Assembly (NCBI GenBank): GCA_963677925.2
Contig: CAXXYH010000004.1
Coordinates: 2,272,001-2,336,000 of the forward strand
Source: Spirochaetia bacterium
GTDB lineage: Bacteria > Spirochaetota > Spirochaetia > UBA9216
Length of the DNA: 64,000 nucleotides
Direction of reading: 5' to 3'
Shown: positions 30,108 to 39,551 of the stretch, piece by piece
Layout: every line of letters starts with the position of its first letter
How positions within the stretch are numbered: the first letter of the stretch is position 1
The notes under the pieces: generated by a model
Databases searched by the model: none
Seen by the model: only the letters and a program-made list of their open reading frames with translations
What the model was told of the DNA's origin: nothing
Position numbers and translations under genes: made by a program

Positions 30108-31280
30108 ATGGAATACTTTAAAGAACAGGGCAGTTCTTACATGGAAGCCGTTACAAAGGTAAAGACCAAGTACGGCGAACGTGCAAAAATCCTTAATCAC
30201 CGAAGCATCCGGTACGGCGGCTTTCTGGGCGTCTTCTCAAAGGAAGGCGTTGAGGTTGAAGGATACGTCAACAAGGACACTATGATTCCCGCAATGAGGA
30301 ATCTTGATGAGGAAAAAAAGAAGATTATTGCCGCCGCCGGTGTGAAACGTGATGATACGCTGTCCAAAGTTCTTGATATGGTCAAATCCATCGATGAAAA
30401 AATCGAATCAGGTAAAACAGGAACTGCACCTTCAGAGCCGGAATCAATTGAGAAGATTGAACAGCTTCTTGTTGATAATGATTTTTCCTACAGATTCATC
30501 AAAAACATGAAACAGCGGCTTAAAAGTGAGCTTTCACTGGAGCAGCTGAATGATTTTGATGAGGTTCAGGAAAAGACTCTTGAATGGATTGGTAAAAGCA
30601 TCTCTGTATACCGCGATGACCAGCCAAGGAAAAACAGGGTTATCATACTTGTAGGACCAACCGGTGTAGGTAAAACTACAACTATCGCCAAGCTTGCAGC
30701 TTTAAACGGACTTGGAATTAAAGGCGAATCACCAAAAAGTGTCAGGCTTATCACGATAGATAATTACAGGATAGGTGCCAAGGGACAGATTCAGACCTAT
30801 GGAGATTTAATGAATATTCCTGTATCATGTGTTGAAACTATTGATGAGTTAAAAAACAAGATACTGCTTTACCAGCAGGCCGATATGATTCTTGTTGATA
30901 CAATGGGCAGATCTCCCAGGGATTATCAGAACCTTGCACAAATGAGAGAACTGCTTGAGGCATGCGGAAACAATACAGAAATTTATCTGACCGTAAGCTC
31001 CACAACCAAGGCAGGAGATCTTGAGTCCATTTTTCAGGAATTTATGCCTTTTAAATATTGCGGCGTCATTCTTACAAAGCTTGATGAAACAATGAAACTT
31101 GGAAATATTATCAGTGTTCTCAGCGGAAAAGATGTTCCGGTGGCGTATCTTACCGACGGACAGGGCGTACCGCAGGATATAGAGAGAGCTGATGTAATGC
31201 GGTTATTGAGGAATCTTGAAGGTTTCAGTGTCAATAATGATAAATTGAGCCGTGAACTGGCTGAAACTTTAACTATTTAA
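30108..31280 (+). CDS. flhF: SRP-family GTPase FlhF
   Basis: GPTGVGKTTTIAKLAA, DNYRIGA, DTMGRS, TKLDET, GQGVPQDI. Confidence 0.96.
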   Translation: MEYFKEQGSSYMEAVTKVKTKYGERAKILNHRSIRYGGFLGVFSKEGVEVEGYVNKDTMIPAMRNLDEEKKKIIAAAGVKRDDTLSKVLDMVKSIDEKIESGKTGTAPSEPESIEKIEQLLVDNDFSYRFIKNMKQRLKSELSLEQLNDFDEVQEKTLEWIGKSISVYRDDQPRKNRVIILVGPTGVGKTTTIAKLAALNGLGIKGESPKSVRLITIDNYRIGAKGQIQTYGDLMNIPVSCVETIDELKNKILLYQQADMILVDTMGRSPRDYQNLAQMRELLEACGNNTEIYLTVSSTTKAGDLESIFQEFMPFKYCGVILTKLDETMKLGNIISVLSGKDVPVAYLTDGQGVPQDIERADVMRLLRNLEGFSVNNDKLSRELAETLTI

Positions 31281-31292
31281 TTGGAGTGACTT

Positions 31293-32165
31293 ATGACTGA
31301 CCAGGCCGAACAGTTGCGGGAAATGATGAAGGGACGCCAGAACGGCGGTTCTGAAAAAAATGAAAATAAGACACGTATTATTGCTGTATCAAGCGGTAAG
31401 GGCGGTGTCGGAAAAACAAATATATCTGTAAATCTTGCCATAGCCTATGCTCAGCTTGGAAAGAAAGTAATAGTGCTTGATGCCGATCTTGGTCTTGCCA
31501 ACGTCAATGTTGCACTTGGTATAATTCCAAAGCACAACCTGTATCATGTTATCAGAAAACAGAAAAACATGAAGGATATTATAATTGACACCAGCTACGG
31601 GATCCAGATTGTAGCAGGTGCTTCCGGTTTTTCGAAGATCGCAAATTTGAGTGATGAGGAACGTGATACCTTCATACATGAAGTTGCCGATCTTTCTATC
31701 GCTGACGTTATCATTATAGATACCAGCGCAGGTGTTTCCAATAATGTTCTTGCATTCATAGCTGCCGCTGATGATGCAATAATTGTGACTACACCCGAGC
31801 CTACAGCTATCACAGATGCGTACGGAATAATAAAGATCATTGCTACTGAAATAGATAACATGAATCTCTCACTTAAGCTGATTGTCAACAGGGTAAAAAG
31901 TGTTACTGAAGGCAAGAAGGTTTCAGAAAGAGTTATCAGTATAGCGGGACAGTTTCTGAATCTGAAGGTTGACTATCTTGGTTACGTGTATGACGACCCG
32001 TCTGTGTCGGCCTCTGTTATCAAGCAGAAGCCGTTTATGGTAGCAGATCCAGGATGTAAGGCTTCCATTTGCCTTAAACATATAGCAGGAAGACTTGAAA
32101 AAGTTGAATACAAGGAAGGCGGAGGAGTTTCAAGATTTCTTAAGAAACTTTTCGGCAGTTTCTAG
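31293..32165 (+). CDS. flhG: MinD-like ATPase FlhG/FleN
   Basis: DQAEQLR N-terminal helix, deviant Walker [29 protein letters not shown]. Confidence 0.95.
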   Translation: MTDQAEQLREMMKGRQNGGSEKNENKTRIIAVSSGKGGVGKTNISVNLAIAYAQLGKKVIVLDADLGLANVNVALGIIPKHNLYHVIRKQKNMKDIIIDTSYGIQIVAGASGFSKIANLSDEERDTFIHEVADLSIADVIIIDTSAGVSNNVLAFIAAADDAIIVTTPEPTAITDAYGIIKIIATEIDNMNLSLKLIVNRVKSVTEGKKVSERVISIAGQFLNLKVDYLGYVYDDPSVSASVIKQKPFMVADPGCKASICLKHIAGRLEKVEYKEGGGVSRFLKKLFGSF

Positions 32166-32189
32166 ACGATCCGCTAAAGTCGGTTTGCC

Positions 32190-32218
32190 TTGACTGCTGA
32201 AGTTTTTTGAAATAAGCT
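32190..32218 (+). promoter_or_regulatory. Putative sigma70 promoter for the hyp-fliA-fapA sub-operon
   Basis: TTGACT (32190-32195)-N17-TAAGCT (32213-32218). Confidence 0.6.
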
Positions 32219-32223
32219 GAAAG

Positions 32224-32931
32224 ATGATGTTTGGAGAAAATGCTTCGGTAAAAAGAAATTTAATTATCACTTTTTCCATTTTCGGTTTTGTTCTTTCTAT
32301 TATAACAGGACTGATTGGAAGGGTCTTTTTTGGACCTATGATTGGACGAGCCTTTCTTTTTGCTTTAGTATTCGGCGGAATCGGCTTTCTTGTAATTAAA
32401 ATAGCCGATATCTTTCTTCCCGAACTTTTTCGGCTCGATGATGAAACCGATGATGAAGAACAGGATGAAGATACGGAAGAAACTGATGAAGAATCAGATT
32501 CAGAAAGCGCTGTAGATATAACTGTCGAGGATAATGATAATCCGGATTATATATACAGTCCGGATTCAGGTGAAGCTGAGGCTTCGCTTGAGCCTGAAGA
32601 ACAAACCGGTGAAGATGCAGGAGATGATGTAGCTGAACTGGAGGACGCCGAAGACGGAGATGCGGTTGCTTCAAAAGAAGCTGCGCCCTCAAAAGACGCA
32701 GTTCCGGCTGCTGAGGTCTCCGGTTCAGGAAAGGGTAAATCGAGTTTACCCGATATAGAAACTTTTTCAGATGCTTTTGAGCAGGTGACTGAGACTGAAA
32801 CCGGTGACAACGGATTAAGCAGTATTGACGGCACCGGCTCAGGACAGGCTGAAATACTTGGAAGCCTTCATGACACCGATGAAATGGTTAAGGCTGTCAA
32901 GTCAGTATTAAAAAAGGACCAGGAAGGATAG
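32224..32931 (+). CDS. Hypothetical membrane protein (2 TM + acidic low-complexity tail)
   Basis: Fills the flhG-fliA gap; hydrophobic N-terminus, D/E-rich region. Confidence 0.85.
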   Translation: MMFGENASVKRNLIITFSIFGFVLSIITGLIGRVFFGPMIGRAFLFALVFGGIGFLVIKIADIFLPELFRLDDETDDEEQDEDTEETDEESDSESAVDITVEDNDNPDYIYSPDSGEAEASLEPEEQTGEDAGDDVAELEDAEDGDAVASKEAAPSKDAVPAAEVSGSGKGKSSLPDIETFSDAFEQVTETETGDNGLSSIDGTGSGQAEILGSLHDTDEMVKAVKSVLKKDQEG

Positions 32932-32934
32932 TAA

Positions 32935-33723
32935 ATGGATGCAAAACTTCTAAAGAACAAGAGCGAGGAAGAACTCTGGACTCTTTACAAGAAAAAAAGA
33001 GATCCTATTATCAGGGAACTCTTTGTAAAGCAGTATGCCCCCCTTGTGAAGTATGTAGCCGGAAAGGTTGCGGTAGGTATGCCGCATAATATTGAATTTG
33101 ATGATCTGGTTCAGTATGGTGTATTCGGCCTTTTTGATGCGATAGACAAATTCGACCCTGCAAAACATGTAAAATTTAAAACATATGCCGTTACCAGGAT
33201 CAGGGGAGCAATATTTGATGAACTCCGATCCATTGACTGGGTTCCCAGATCAGTCAGGCAGAAATCAAGAGAAGTTGAGGATGCCGTACATCGCCTTGAA
33301 TCATCACTTGGCAGGGCGGTTTCAGACAGTGAAATTGCAAATGAAATGGGTATGGATCTGCAGGAATATCAGAAGACAATACTTAAAATCAGCGGCACCT
33401 CCATTATGTCTTTAAATGATGTCTGGTACACTGGTGAAGATAACGACAAGGTTTCTATTGTCGACAGCATTGAATCTCCACAGGGCCTTAATCCCGATAT
33501 AATTGTAGAAAAAGATGAAATAAAACGTGTAATAATTGAAGCAATTAACGAACTGCCTGAAAAAGAGAAAAAAGTTCTTGTTCTTTACTATTATGAAGAC
33601 TTAACTTTAAAAGAGATAGGCAAAGTTCTGGAGGTAACTGAATCCAGAGTTTCGCAGCTTCACACTAAGGCGATTATGCGGCTTAGAGCCAAGCTTACTA
33701 ACCTTAAAAAAGGAATTATGTAG
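32935..33723 (+). CDS. fliA: RNA polymerase sigma factor FliA/WhiG (sigma28)
   Basis: [59 protein letters not shown]. Confidence 0.96.
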   Translation: MDAKLLKNKSEEELWTLYKKKRDPIIRELFVKQYAPLVKYVAGKVAVGMPHNIEFDDLVQYGVFGLFDAIDKFDPAKHVKFKTYAVTRIRGAIFDELRSIDWVPRSVRQKSREVEDAVHRLESSLGRAVSDSEIANEMGMDLQEYQKTILKISGTSIMSLNDVWYTGEDNDKVSIVDSIESPQGLNPDIIVEKDEIKRVIIEAINELPEKEKKVLVLYYYEDLTLKEIGKVLEVTESRVSQLHTKAIMRLRAKLTNLKKGIM

Positions 33724-33726
33724 ATT

Positions 33727-35673
33727 ATGGTTCAATTGTCGGAATTAAGAGAATTTATGCGTAAGCAGGCTGAATCGGACCGGGCAAGAAAAACCGTCCA
33801 GGTCAGCGGTCCGACAATTGAAGAGGCGCTTGAGCAGGCCTGTATTGAACTGGCTCTTCCCTTAAAAAAGATAGAATATGAAGTTCTTGAGAGTCCCTCA
33901 GGCGGTATCCTGGGGTACGGAAAAAAGAACTGCCTATTAATAGCCTATGAAATAGCGGCACAGAAGTCTGATGATTTTGATGAAGACGGTTTTGATCTCG
34001 ATTTTGATTCAGGTTTTTCGAGTTCCGAAGTTCCGAAAGACAGAGACGGCGAAATTATTGTAAAACTCAGACAGGAGGGAGTATTTATAAAGGTTTCCCC
34101 GCCTGTCGGAAAAGGAAGTCCTGCAACAGAACGTGATGCCGCGATGAAGATAAAAAGCAGGGGTATTACCGATTATGATCAGCATATGATGGTAAGCGCT
34201 GTTAAGCAGGCGGATGGTGAGCAGGTTCGAATAGGCGATTATGCTTATAACCCGATGAATGATTCAATAATTTCCGTGAATATTATCGATCTCGAGATGA
34301 AGGCTAATATTGTTATTAAAGAGCCCGGTCCTGGCGGTGCGGATGTTAACACAGAAAGCATCATAGGCCTTTTAAAAGCCAATGGAATAATCCATGGAAT
34401 TGATGAAGAAGAGATTGGGCGTATTGAAGATCATCCTGTATTTGATACGCCTCTGCTGGTTGCAGAAGGTTCGAAGCCTGTTAACGGTAATGATGCTCGG
34501 ATAATTTATAACTTTGACAGTCAGAATCTTCAGGTTTCACTGAAAGAGCGGCAGGGGAAGGTTGATTTCAAGGAAATGAACAGAATCCAGAATGTTGTTG
34601 AAGGACAGATTCTGGCAAGAAAGGTTCCTGCGGAAGAAGGCAAACCAGGAAGAACCGTAACCGGGAAATTGCTTCCAGCTAAATCCGGAAATGATATAAG
34701 TTTTAACATAGGTAAAAATGTAAAACTTTCAGATGATAAGCAGACAGCGATAGCAGAAATAAACGGACAGGTTATTATTATGGGTGATAAGCTCACAGTT
34801 GAACCTGTCTACCTTGTTCAGGGCGATGTTAATCTTAAATCAGGCGGAAATATAATCTTTCTGGGATCCGTTATAGTTAAAGGCAGCGTAGAAGACGGTT
34901 TTAAGGTTAAGGCTTCTGGAAATATTGAAGTTATGGGTAATGTAGGAAAGTCTGAGATTGATGCAGAAGGTGAAGTTATTGTTCATCAGGGTATCAACGG
35001 AAAGACCGAAGGTCAGGTCCGGGCCGGAAAAACTGTATGGTCGAAGTTTATTGAGAACGCAAATGTTGAATCCGGAGACCTCGTAGTAGCGACTGATGGA
35101 ATTATAAATTCGAATGTTGTTTCAAACCGTATGATTGTATGTATGGGTAAGCGTGCCACTATAGTTGGAGGAAGACTCCGTGCTACAGAGGAGATACATG
35201 CTAAAACGCTCGGTTCCGCATCAGGATCAGAAACTATTCTTGAAGTAGGCTGGGATCCGAAAAGCAAGGAAAAACTGGTTAATTTAGAAAAGAATATGGA
35301 GGATCTGAATACTCAGATTGATGATATTGATAGAAACATCCTGACGCTTGAAAACTTCAAAAAGAAAAAGAAAAAACTTCCTGAAGATAAGGAAGAATAT
35401 CTGGCAGAGCTGAAACAGCAGAAGCAGGATGTTTATGAAGAAACTCTCGAAGTAAAAGAAGAAATAGACGGTATCAAGGAATATCTTGCTTCTCTTAAAT
35501 ATGTTGGAAAAATATCAGCTGCTTCAAAGGTATTCCCCGGTGTAAGGGTAGTTATCAAGGATGCTCATATGAAGGTTCGAAATGATTATAACAGTGTAAC
35601 TTTCATTAATGAAGAAGGTGATGTTCATACCGTAAAATATGAGGCTCCGGAAGAAGATTTTTCAAGGAAGTAG
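33727..35673 (+). CDS. FapA/DUF342 family protein with N-terminal Jag_N-like domain
   Basis: GPTIEEALEQAC...IEYEVLE (Jag_N-like), VDFKEMNRIQNV, GDVNLKSGGNIIF beta-helix. Confidence 0.85.
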   Translation: MVQLSELREFMRKQAESDRARKTVQVSGPTIEEALEQACIELALPLKKIEYEVLESPSGGILGYGKKNCLLIAYEIAAQKSDDFDEDGFDLDFDSGFSSSEVPKDRDGEIIVKLRQEGVFIKVSPPVGKGSPATERDAAMKIKSRGITDYDQHMMVSAVKQADGEQVRIGDYAYNPMNDSIISVNIIDLEMKANIVIKEPGPGGADVNTESIIGLLKANGIIHGIDEEEIGRIEDHPVFDTPLLVAEGSKPVNGNDARIIYNFDSQNLQVSLKERQGKVDFKEMNRIQNVVEGQILARKVPAEEGKPGRTVTGKLLPAKSGNDISFNIGKNVKLSDDKQTAIAEINGQVIIMGDKLTVEPVYLVQGDVNLKSGGNIIFLGSVIVKGSVEDGFKVKASGNIEVMGNVGKSEIDAEGEVIVHQGINGKTEGQVRAGKTVWSKFIENANVESGDLVVATDGIINSNVVSNRMIVCMGKRATIVGGRLRATEEIHAKTLGSASGSETILEVGWDPKSKEKLVNLEKNMEDLNTQIDDIDRNILTLENFKKKKKKLPEDKEEYLAELKQQKQDVYEETLEVKEEIDGIKEYLASLKYVGKISAASKVFPGVRVVIKDAHMKVRNDYNSVTFINEEGDVHTVKYEAPEEDFSRK

Positions 35674-35675
35674 CT

Positions 35676-36005
35676 ATGTCAGTATCGCCTCTGGACATGC
35701 AGATTCTATACAGTAATCTGAAAAACGTCGGACAGCAGCAGGCTGCAGAGCGTGCATCAGAGTTGGCTCAGCAGCATAAGCAGGCAGATGAATCTGCAAA
35801 AAAGGCTGATGAAAAAGATCACCGGGTGGGTGAAGCCAAAGATGTTGAAACCGGTATCGATAAGGTTAATGATAAAGATAAAAAGCAGGATGAACAGAAG
35901 GGCGCAAAGGATAAAAGTCAGAAGGACGAAGCCCGGGATGATAAGCCTGAAGCTGAGTTTTTTGATGACCCGGATATCGGACATAATATTGATATTTCAG
36001 GATAA
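35676..36005 (+). CDS. Hypothetical protein in flagellar cluster
   Basis: SPLDMQ N-terminus and GHNIDI C-terminus, charged; 2-nt gap after the fapA-like stop. Confidence 0.75.
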   Translation: MSVSPLDMQILYSNLKNVGQQQAAERASELAQQHKQADESAKKADEKDHRVGEAKDVETGIDKVNDKDKKQDEQKGAKDKSQKDEARDDKPEAEFFDDPDIGHNIDISG

Positions 36006-36010
36006 TCTCA

Positions 36011-36538
36011 GTGATTTTTAATATAGTAATAATTCTAATAAATATAATAATTTTCTCGGTTATGTATATTATACTGATCAGAAGAATTGACAGACGGACT
36101 GATCCTGAAAGTATATCTGAAAGTATCATAAGGGATCTGGATCTTGTTCTGGCCGAGATAAATCAGGCAACCGATAGAAATATAATGCTGATAGAAGATA
36201 AACTTAAAGAGCTTAATTCTACTGTTGAGAAAGCGGAAGCCAGAATAAAACTTCTAAAGAAGAATGAGATGCCGAAGACTGAGGTTCGTGTGGAAGAACC
36301 GAAAAAAGATGAGCTTACATACTCCACCATTAATAAAATTACCAACTACAGCGGAATTGTTTCTACTGTAAAAAGTCAGGTTAAGACAGAAGATGGCGTA
36401 GATTCAAAAAAAAGAATTATAGAGCTCTATAAAAGCGGGCTGGATTCCGGTCTTATAGCTGCAAGTCTGGGAGTTAACCGCGGTGAAGTTGAACTGATAA
36501 TTTCCCTATACAGACAATCAAATAACATTCAGGATTAA
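36011..36538 (+). CDS. Hypothetical single-TM protein with C-terminal HTH-like motif (DUF6115/SwrB-like)
   Basis: N-terminal TM, coiled coil, IIELYKSGLDSGLIAASLGVNRGEVELI. Confidence 0.75.
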   Translation: MIFNIVIILINIIIFSVMYIILIRRIDRRTDPESISESIIRDLDLVLAEINQATDRNIMLIEDKLKELNSTVEKAEARIKLLKKNEMPKTEVRVEEPKKDELTYSTINKITNYSGIVSTVKSQVKTEDGVDSKKRIIELYKSGLDSGLIAASLGVNRGEVELIISLYRQSNNIQD

Positions 36539-36539
36539 T

Positions 36540-38360
36540 ATGAAAGATAACCGACTACTAAAGACATTTATCAGCGATACAAGCGTGCATATAAATAAGA
36601 TTAATGATCTTCTTATTGCGATGGAGAATAATAGTTCTGCTCCAGAAGCTGTAAATGAACTTTTCAGGTATGTTCACTCAATCAAATCAGAGGCTGCTTA
36701 TCTCGGTATAGATGATATTTCAGAGACTGCACATGATCTTGAGAATATCCTTGAAACAGTAAGAAGTTCATCATCTGGCAGAATAGAGGAAAAGGATCTC
36801 ATTCTGTTCTGCTACAAGGCCGTAGATAGAATCTCAGAGCAGTTGAAACAGGTTAAAGTTTCAGCTTCCGGCAACTTAAACGATGTTAACAGTAATGAAG
36901 AAAAAAAATATACAGATTTTGAAAAACTTCTGCTCAGGGAAGCTGAAGATCGTGATGAGAAATTGTATGAAGTATGTTTCAGTATTGCTGAAGAAGAGTC
37001 AATGAAATATGCAAGGGCATATCTGGCTCTTAGCAATCTTGAAATGAAATATAATGTCATTAAAACCATTCCTGAACTCGATGAAAATGAAGAGCACTTT
37101 CCTGAAAAAATTACAGTAGTACTTTCATCCGGCTCTGATGAGCAGGAAATTATCAGGGATTTAAATATTGATCAAATCAGTGATTTAAGTATTAAGAGAC
37201 TGAGTTTTTCCGATGAGTACGATGCCAGATTAATAACCGAAGCAGCTTCCGATTTAAGTAAAAACAAGGATAATATTTATAATGTTGATGCTTCAGAGAT
37301 AGATGAAATCAACGATTATCTGGTCGAGATTCGACGCAGAATATCGGGGCTTTCCGGATCATTCGGAGACTCTGCTGAACTGAACAGTATGGAAAATGAA
37401 TTAAAGGGATTAGAATCAATTTCCAGCGGAATAGCCTCGCTTATGGACCGCCTTAAAATGGTTCAGTTTGCTGATCATTTTGCCTCTTACCGGAGAATGG
37501 TTCGCGACCTGGCCGATAAATCCGGCAAAAAGATAGAGCTTTTCATAGAAGGAGATCTAAAAATTTCAAGGGATTTTGCTGAATACCTTAAAGAGCCGAT
37601 AATTCAGATTCTTAAAAATGCGATAGTACACGGAATTGAAGCTCCGGAAATACGTAGCAGTAACGGGAAATCTCCAACAGGTAAAATTACTCTCGCTGTG
37701 AGAAAAACTTCTGAGGCTACAGTGATAACAGTCAGTGATGACGGTGCCGGAATTGATGATAATATATACAGCAGTAATGGAATAGGCCGAAGTGAGCATA
37801 CTGAGGTTCTGAAAATTATTTCTCAACCTGGATTCAGTTCACTTTCCGAGAGTAATAAACTCGGCGGTAGAGGGGTAGGTCTTGACCTTGTTGTACATGA
37901 GATTGAAAAAAAGAAGGGCCGGCTGGAACTTGTTAACAATCCCGGCCAGGGATGTATTTTCAGGATGGTTTTCAGTGACTCAAAAAATGAGACTAAATTT
38001 CTGGTTTTGAAGTATCGTGAGAATAACTACGCTGTTGAGATGAAGTCCGGGATTGAAGCTGAAACATATAATCAGGCTGCAGTCTCCAAAAATGGAATAA
38101 TTTTTGAGATAGACGGTATTGGACTGTACTGTCCTGATGGACGTGTTTCAGATCCTGACAATCAGACTTCGGACTGTAATACAATGATTTATATAAAGAA
38201 TCCAAGCGGTGAGGGCTATGTTGTTTTTGAAGAAGCCCTTTTTGAAGTAAAATACGACAAAAACAGGCTTTTAAAGACGGAACCCGCTGGAAATAACTCC
38301 AGCAGGGTTAATGTTGACAGTCAGCCTGCCGATTTTCTTCTTCTTGAAATGAAATTTTAG
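36540..38360 (+). CDS. Divergent CheA-like histidine kinase (Hpt + P2-like + HATPase_c)
   Basis: LFRYVHSIKS phospho-His motif, N-box KNAIVHGIE, G1 DDGAGID, F-box PGFS, G2 GRGVGLDLV; C-terminal CheW-like domain not recognisable. Confidence 0.8.
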   Translation: MKDNRLLKTFISDTSVHINKINDLLIAMENNSSAPEAVNELFRYVHSIKSEAAYLGIDDISETAHDLENILETVRSSSSGRIEEKDLILFCYKAVDRISEQLKQVKVSASGNLNDVNSNEEKKYTDFEKLLLREAEDRDEKLYEVCFSIAEEESMKYARAYLALSNLEMKYNVIKTIPELDENEEHFPEKITVVLSSGSDEQEIIRDLNIDQISDLSIKRLSFSDEYDARLITEAASDLSKNKDNIYNVDASEIDEINDYLVEIRRRISGLSGSFGDSAELNSMENELKGLESISSGIASLMDRLKMVQFADHFASYRRMVRDLADKSGKKIELFIEGDLKISRDFAEYLKEPIIQILKNAIVHGIEAPEIRSSNGKSPTGKITLAVRKTSEATVITVSDDGAGIDDNIYSSNGIGRSEHTEVLKIISQPGFSSLSESNKLGGRGVGLDLVVHEIEKKKGRLELVNNPGQGCIFRMVFSDSKNETKFLVLKYRENNYAVEMKSGIEAETYNQAAVSKNGIIFEIDGIGLYCPDGRVSDPDNQTSDCNTMIYIKNPSGEGYVVFEEALFEVKYDKNRLLKTEPAGNNSSRVNVDSQPADFLLLEMKF

Positions 38361-38372
38361 TTCAAATAATTC

Positions 38373-38399
38373 TAAAGTTCAAAGCAGGTTTACCGATAT
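38373..38399 (+). promoter_or_regulatory. Near-consensus sigma28 promoter with no downstream ORF
   Basis: TAAAGTTC-N11-ACCGATAT versus extended consensus TAAAGTTT-N11-GCCGATAA. Confidence 0.7.
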
Positions 38400-38405
38400 T
38401 AATCT

Positions 38406-38472
38406 TAGGGTTGAACACCTTATTTGATAATTAACGGTATGCACATAACGTCCAGGCATACCGTTTTTTTTT
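38406..38472 (+). ncRNA. Candidate sigma28-dependent small RNA (~65 nt)
   Basis: Bounded by a sigma28 promoter and an intrinsic terminator; 5' hairpin UAGGGU/ACCUUA; no SD-led ORF. Confidence 0.5.
38433..38472 (+). terminator. Rho-independent terminator
   Basis: Stem AACGGTATGC / GCATACCGTT, 13-nt loop, T9 tract. Confidence 0.85.
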
Positions 38473-38490
38473 GCTTCAGTCTCCCTCAAA

Positions 38491-39501
38491 CTAGACAGGT
38501 AGAAGACAATTATCTGGTTTCTTAAAGAAATCTTTATTTTCTTCAAGAATTTCATTAATAGTTTCCTTAAGTCCGACCACAGCGGAGGCTCCAAGCGGAA
38601 GTAAAGCCCCGCCTCTGCATAGGTTCAGGATCTGGCCTTCTACGATGCTTTTCATTTCATCTTTTGGAATTGCTCCAAGTTTGAGTGAAGCCATATCCAT
38701 ACCGCCGGTTAATACCAGACGATCTCCGTATTTCTTTATAATACCTTCAATATCATTGATAGTTTGTGCAGATGTCCAGTGTTCTATACCGGCCTCGATC
38801 ATTGATGGAATTAGATTTTCAATTTTACCGCAACTGTGAAACCTTAGAAAAATATTTTTCTCCTTGCCAAACTCGGTCAGCCTTTTAATGTGGGGTGCAA
38901 GTAGACTGTTCCAGACTTCGGTGCTGAAAAACTGATTTTCCTGATGTCCCCAGTCATCGTGCAGCTCTATCTGATCAACAGGGTAGTATTCAAGGATTTT
39001 TTCCATAACTCTAATCTTGTGATCAACTACAGCGCTGAAAAAGTCTGAGGAGGCTTCAGGTTCAATCAGCAGCGCCATACAGGCTTCAGACATCCCCATA
39101 AGTGCATGCATTCTTTCAAATGGACCGTTTAAAAGAGTAATATTTGCAAGTTTTTCAGGTACAAAGACATCCTTGTCTCTTTCTGCTGCGGCAGCCCAGT
39201 CTATAGCTTCTAAGTCAGGGAATTTTACCTGTTCTTTCCATTTCTTTATATCAGTCAAAATCGGCGGATACTCATGGCTTACTGTGGCTGCGCGTACGTG
39301 AGGCTGAAAAACCCAGTGAACACCGAACCAGTCAAAACCGGTTCCTCCCAGGGCCTGCTCGATCGAACCATCGCCTGGAGCCCTCTCAGCTATTTCGGGC
39401 GGAATATAGTTGACTTCATCCTGCCTTGCATTAGGAATCCACTCGGGAACCTGATGAGTCAACACTCTAATATAGTTCTCCTTAGGGGTTAAAGTTGACA
39501 T
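38491..39501 (-). CDS. Uroporphyrinogen decarboxylase / MtaA-CmuA methyltransferase-like family protein
   Basis: TPKENY N-terminus, DWFGVHW, GPFERMHALMG, DDWG, FHSCG; SD AGGAGAG. Confidence 0.8.
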   Translation of the reverse strand: MSTLTPKENYIRVLTHQVPEWIPNARQDEVNYIPPEIAERAPGDGSIEQALGGTGFDWFGVHWVFQPHVRAATVSHEYPPILTDIKKWKEQVKFPDLEAIDWAAAAERDKDVFVPEKLANITLLNGPFERMHALMGMSEACMALLIEPEASSDFFSAVVDHKIRVMEKILEYYPVDQIELHDDWGHQENQFFSTEVWNSLLAPHIKRLTEFGKEKNIFLRFHSCGKIENLIPSMIEAGIEHWTSAQTINDIEGIIKKYGDRLVLTGGMDMASLKLGAIPKDEMKSIVEGQILNLCRGGALLPLGASAVVGLKETINEILEENKDFFKKPDNCLLPV

Positions 39502-39551
39502 AAGACTCTCCTTTCTTTATTCAAAAATGAATTTTTTCAGATGTTTTTAGT

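Noticed and set aside
38439-38525. Small ORF MHITSRHTVFFCFSLPQTRQVEDNYLVS downstream of the sigma28 promoter
   Set aside because: No SD, starts inside the terminator stem and runs through the U-tract into the convergent gene
38379-38594. 71-aa minus-strand ORF from the track
   Set aside because: Overlaps the UroD-like gene in another frame; no recognisable motif
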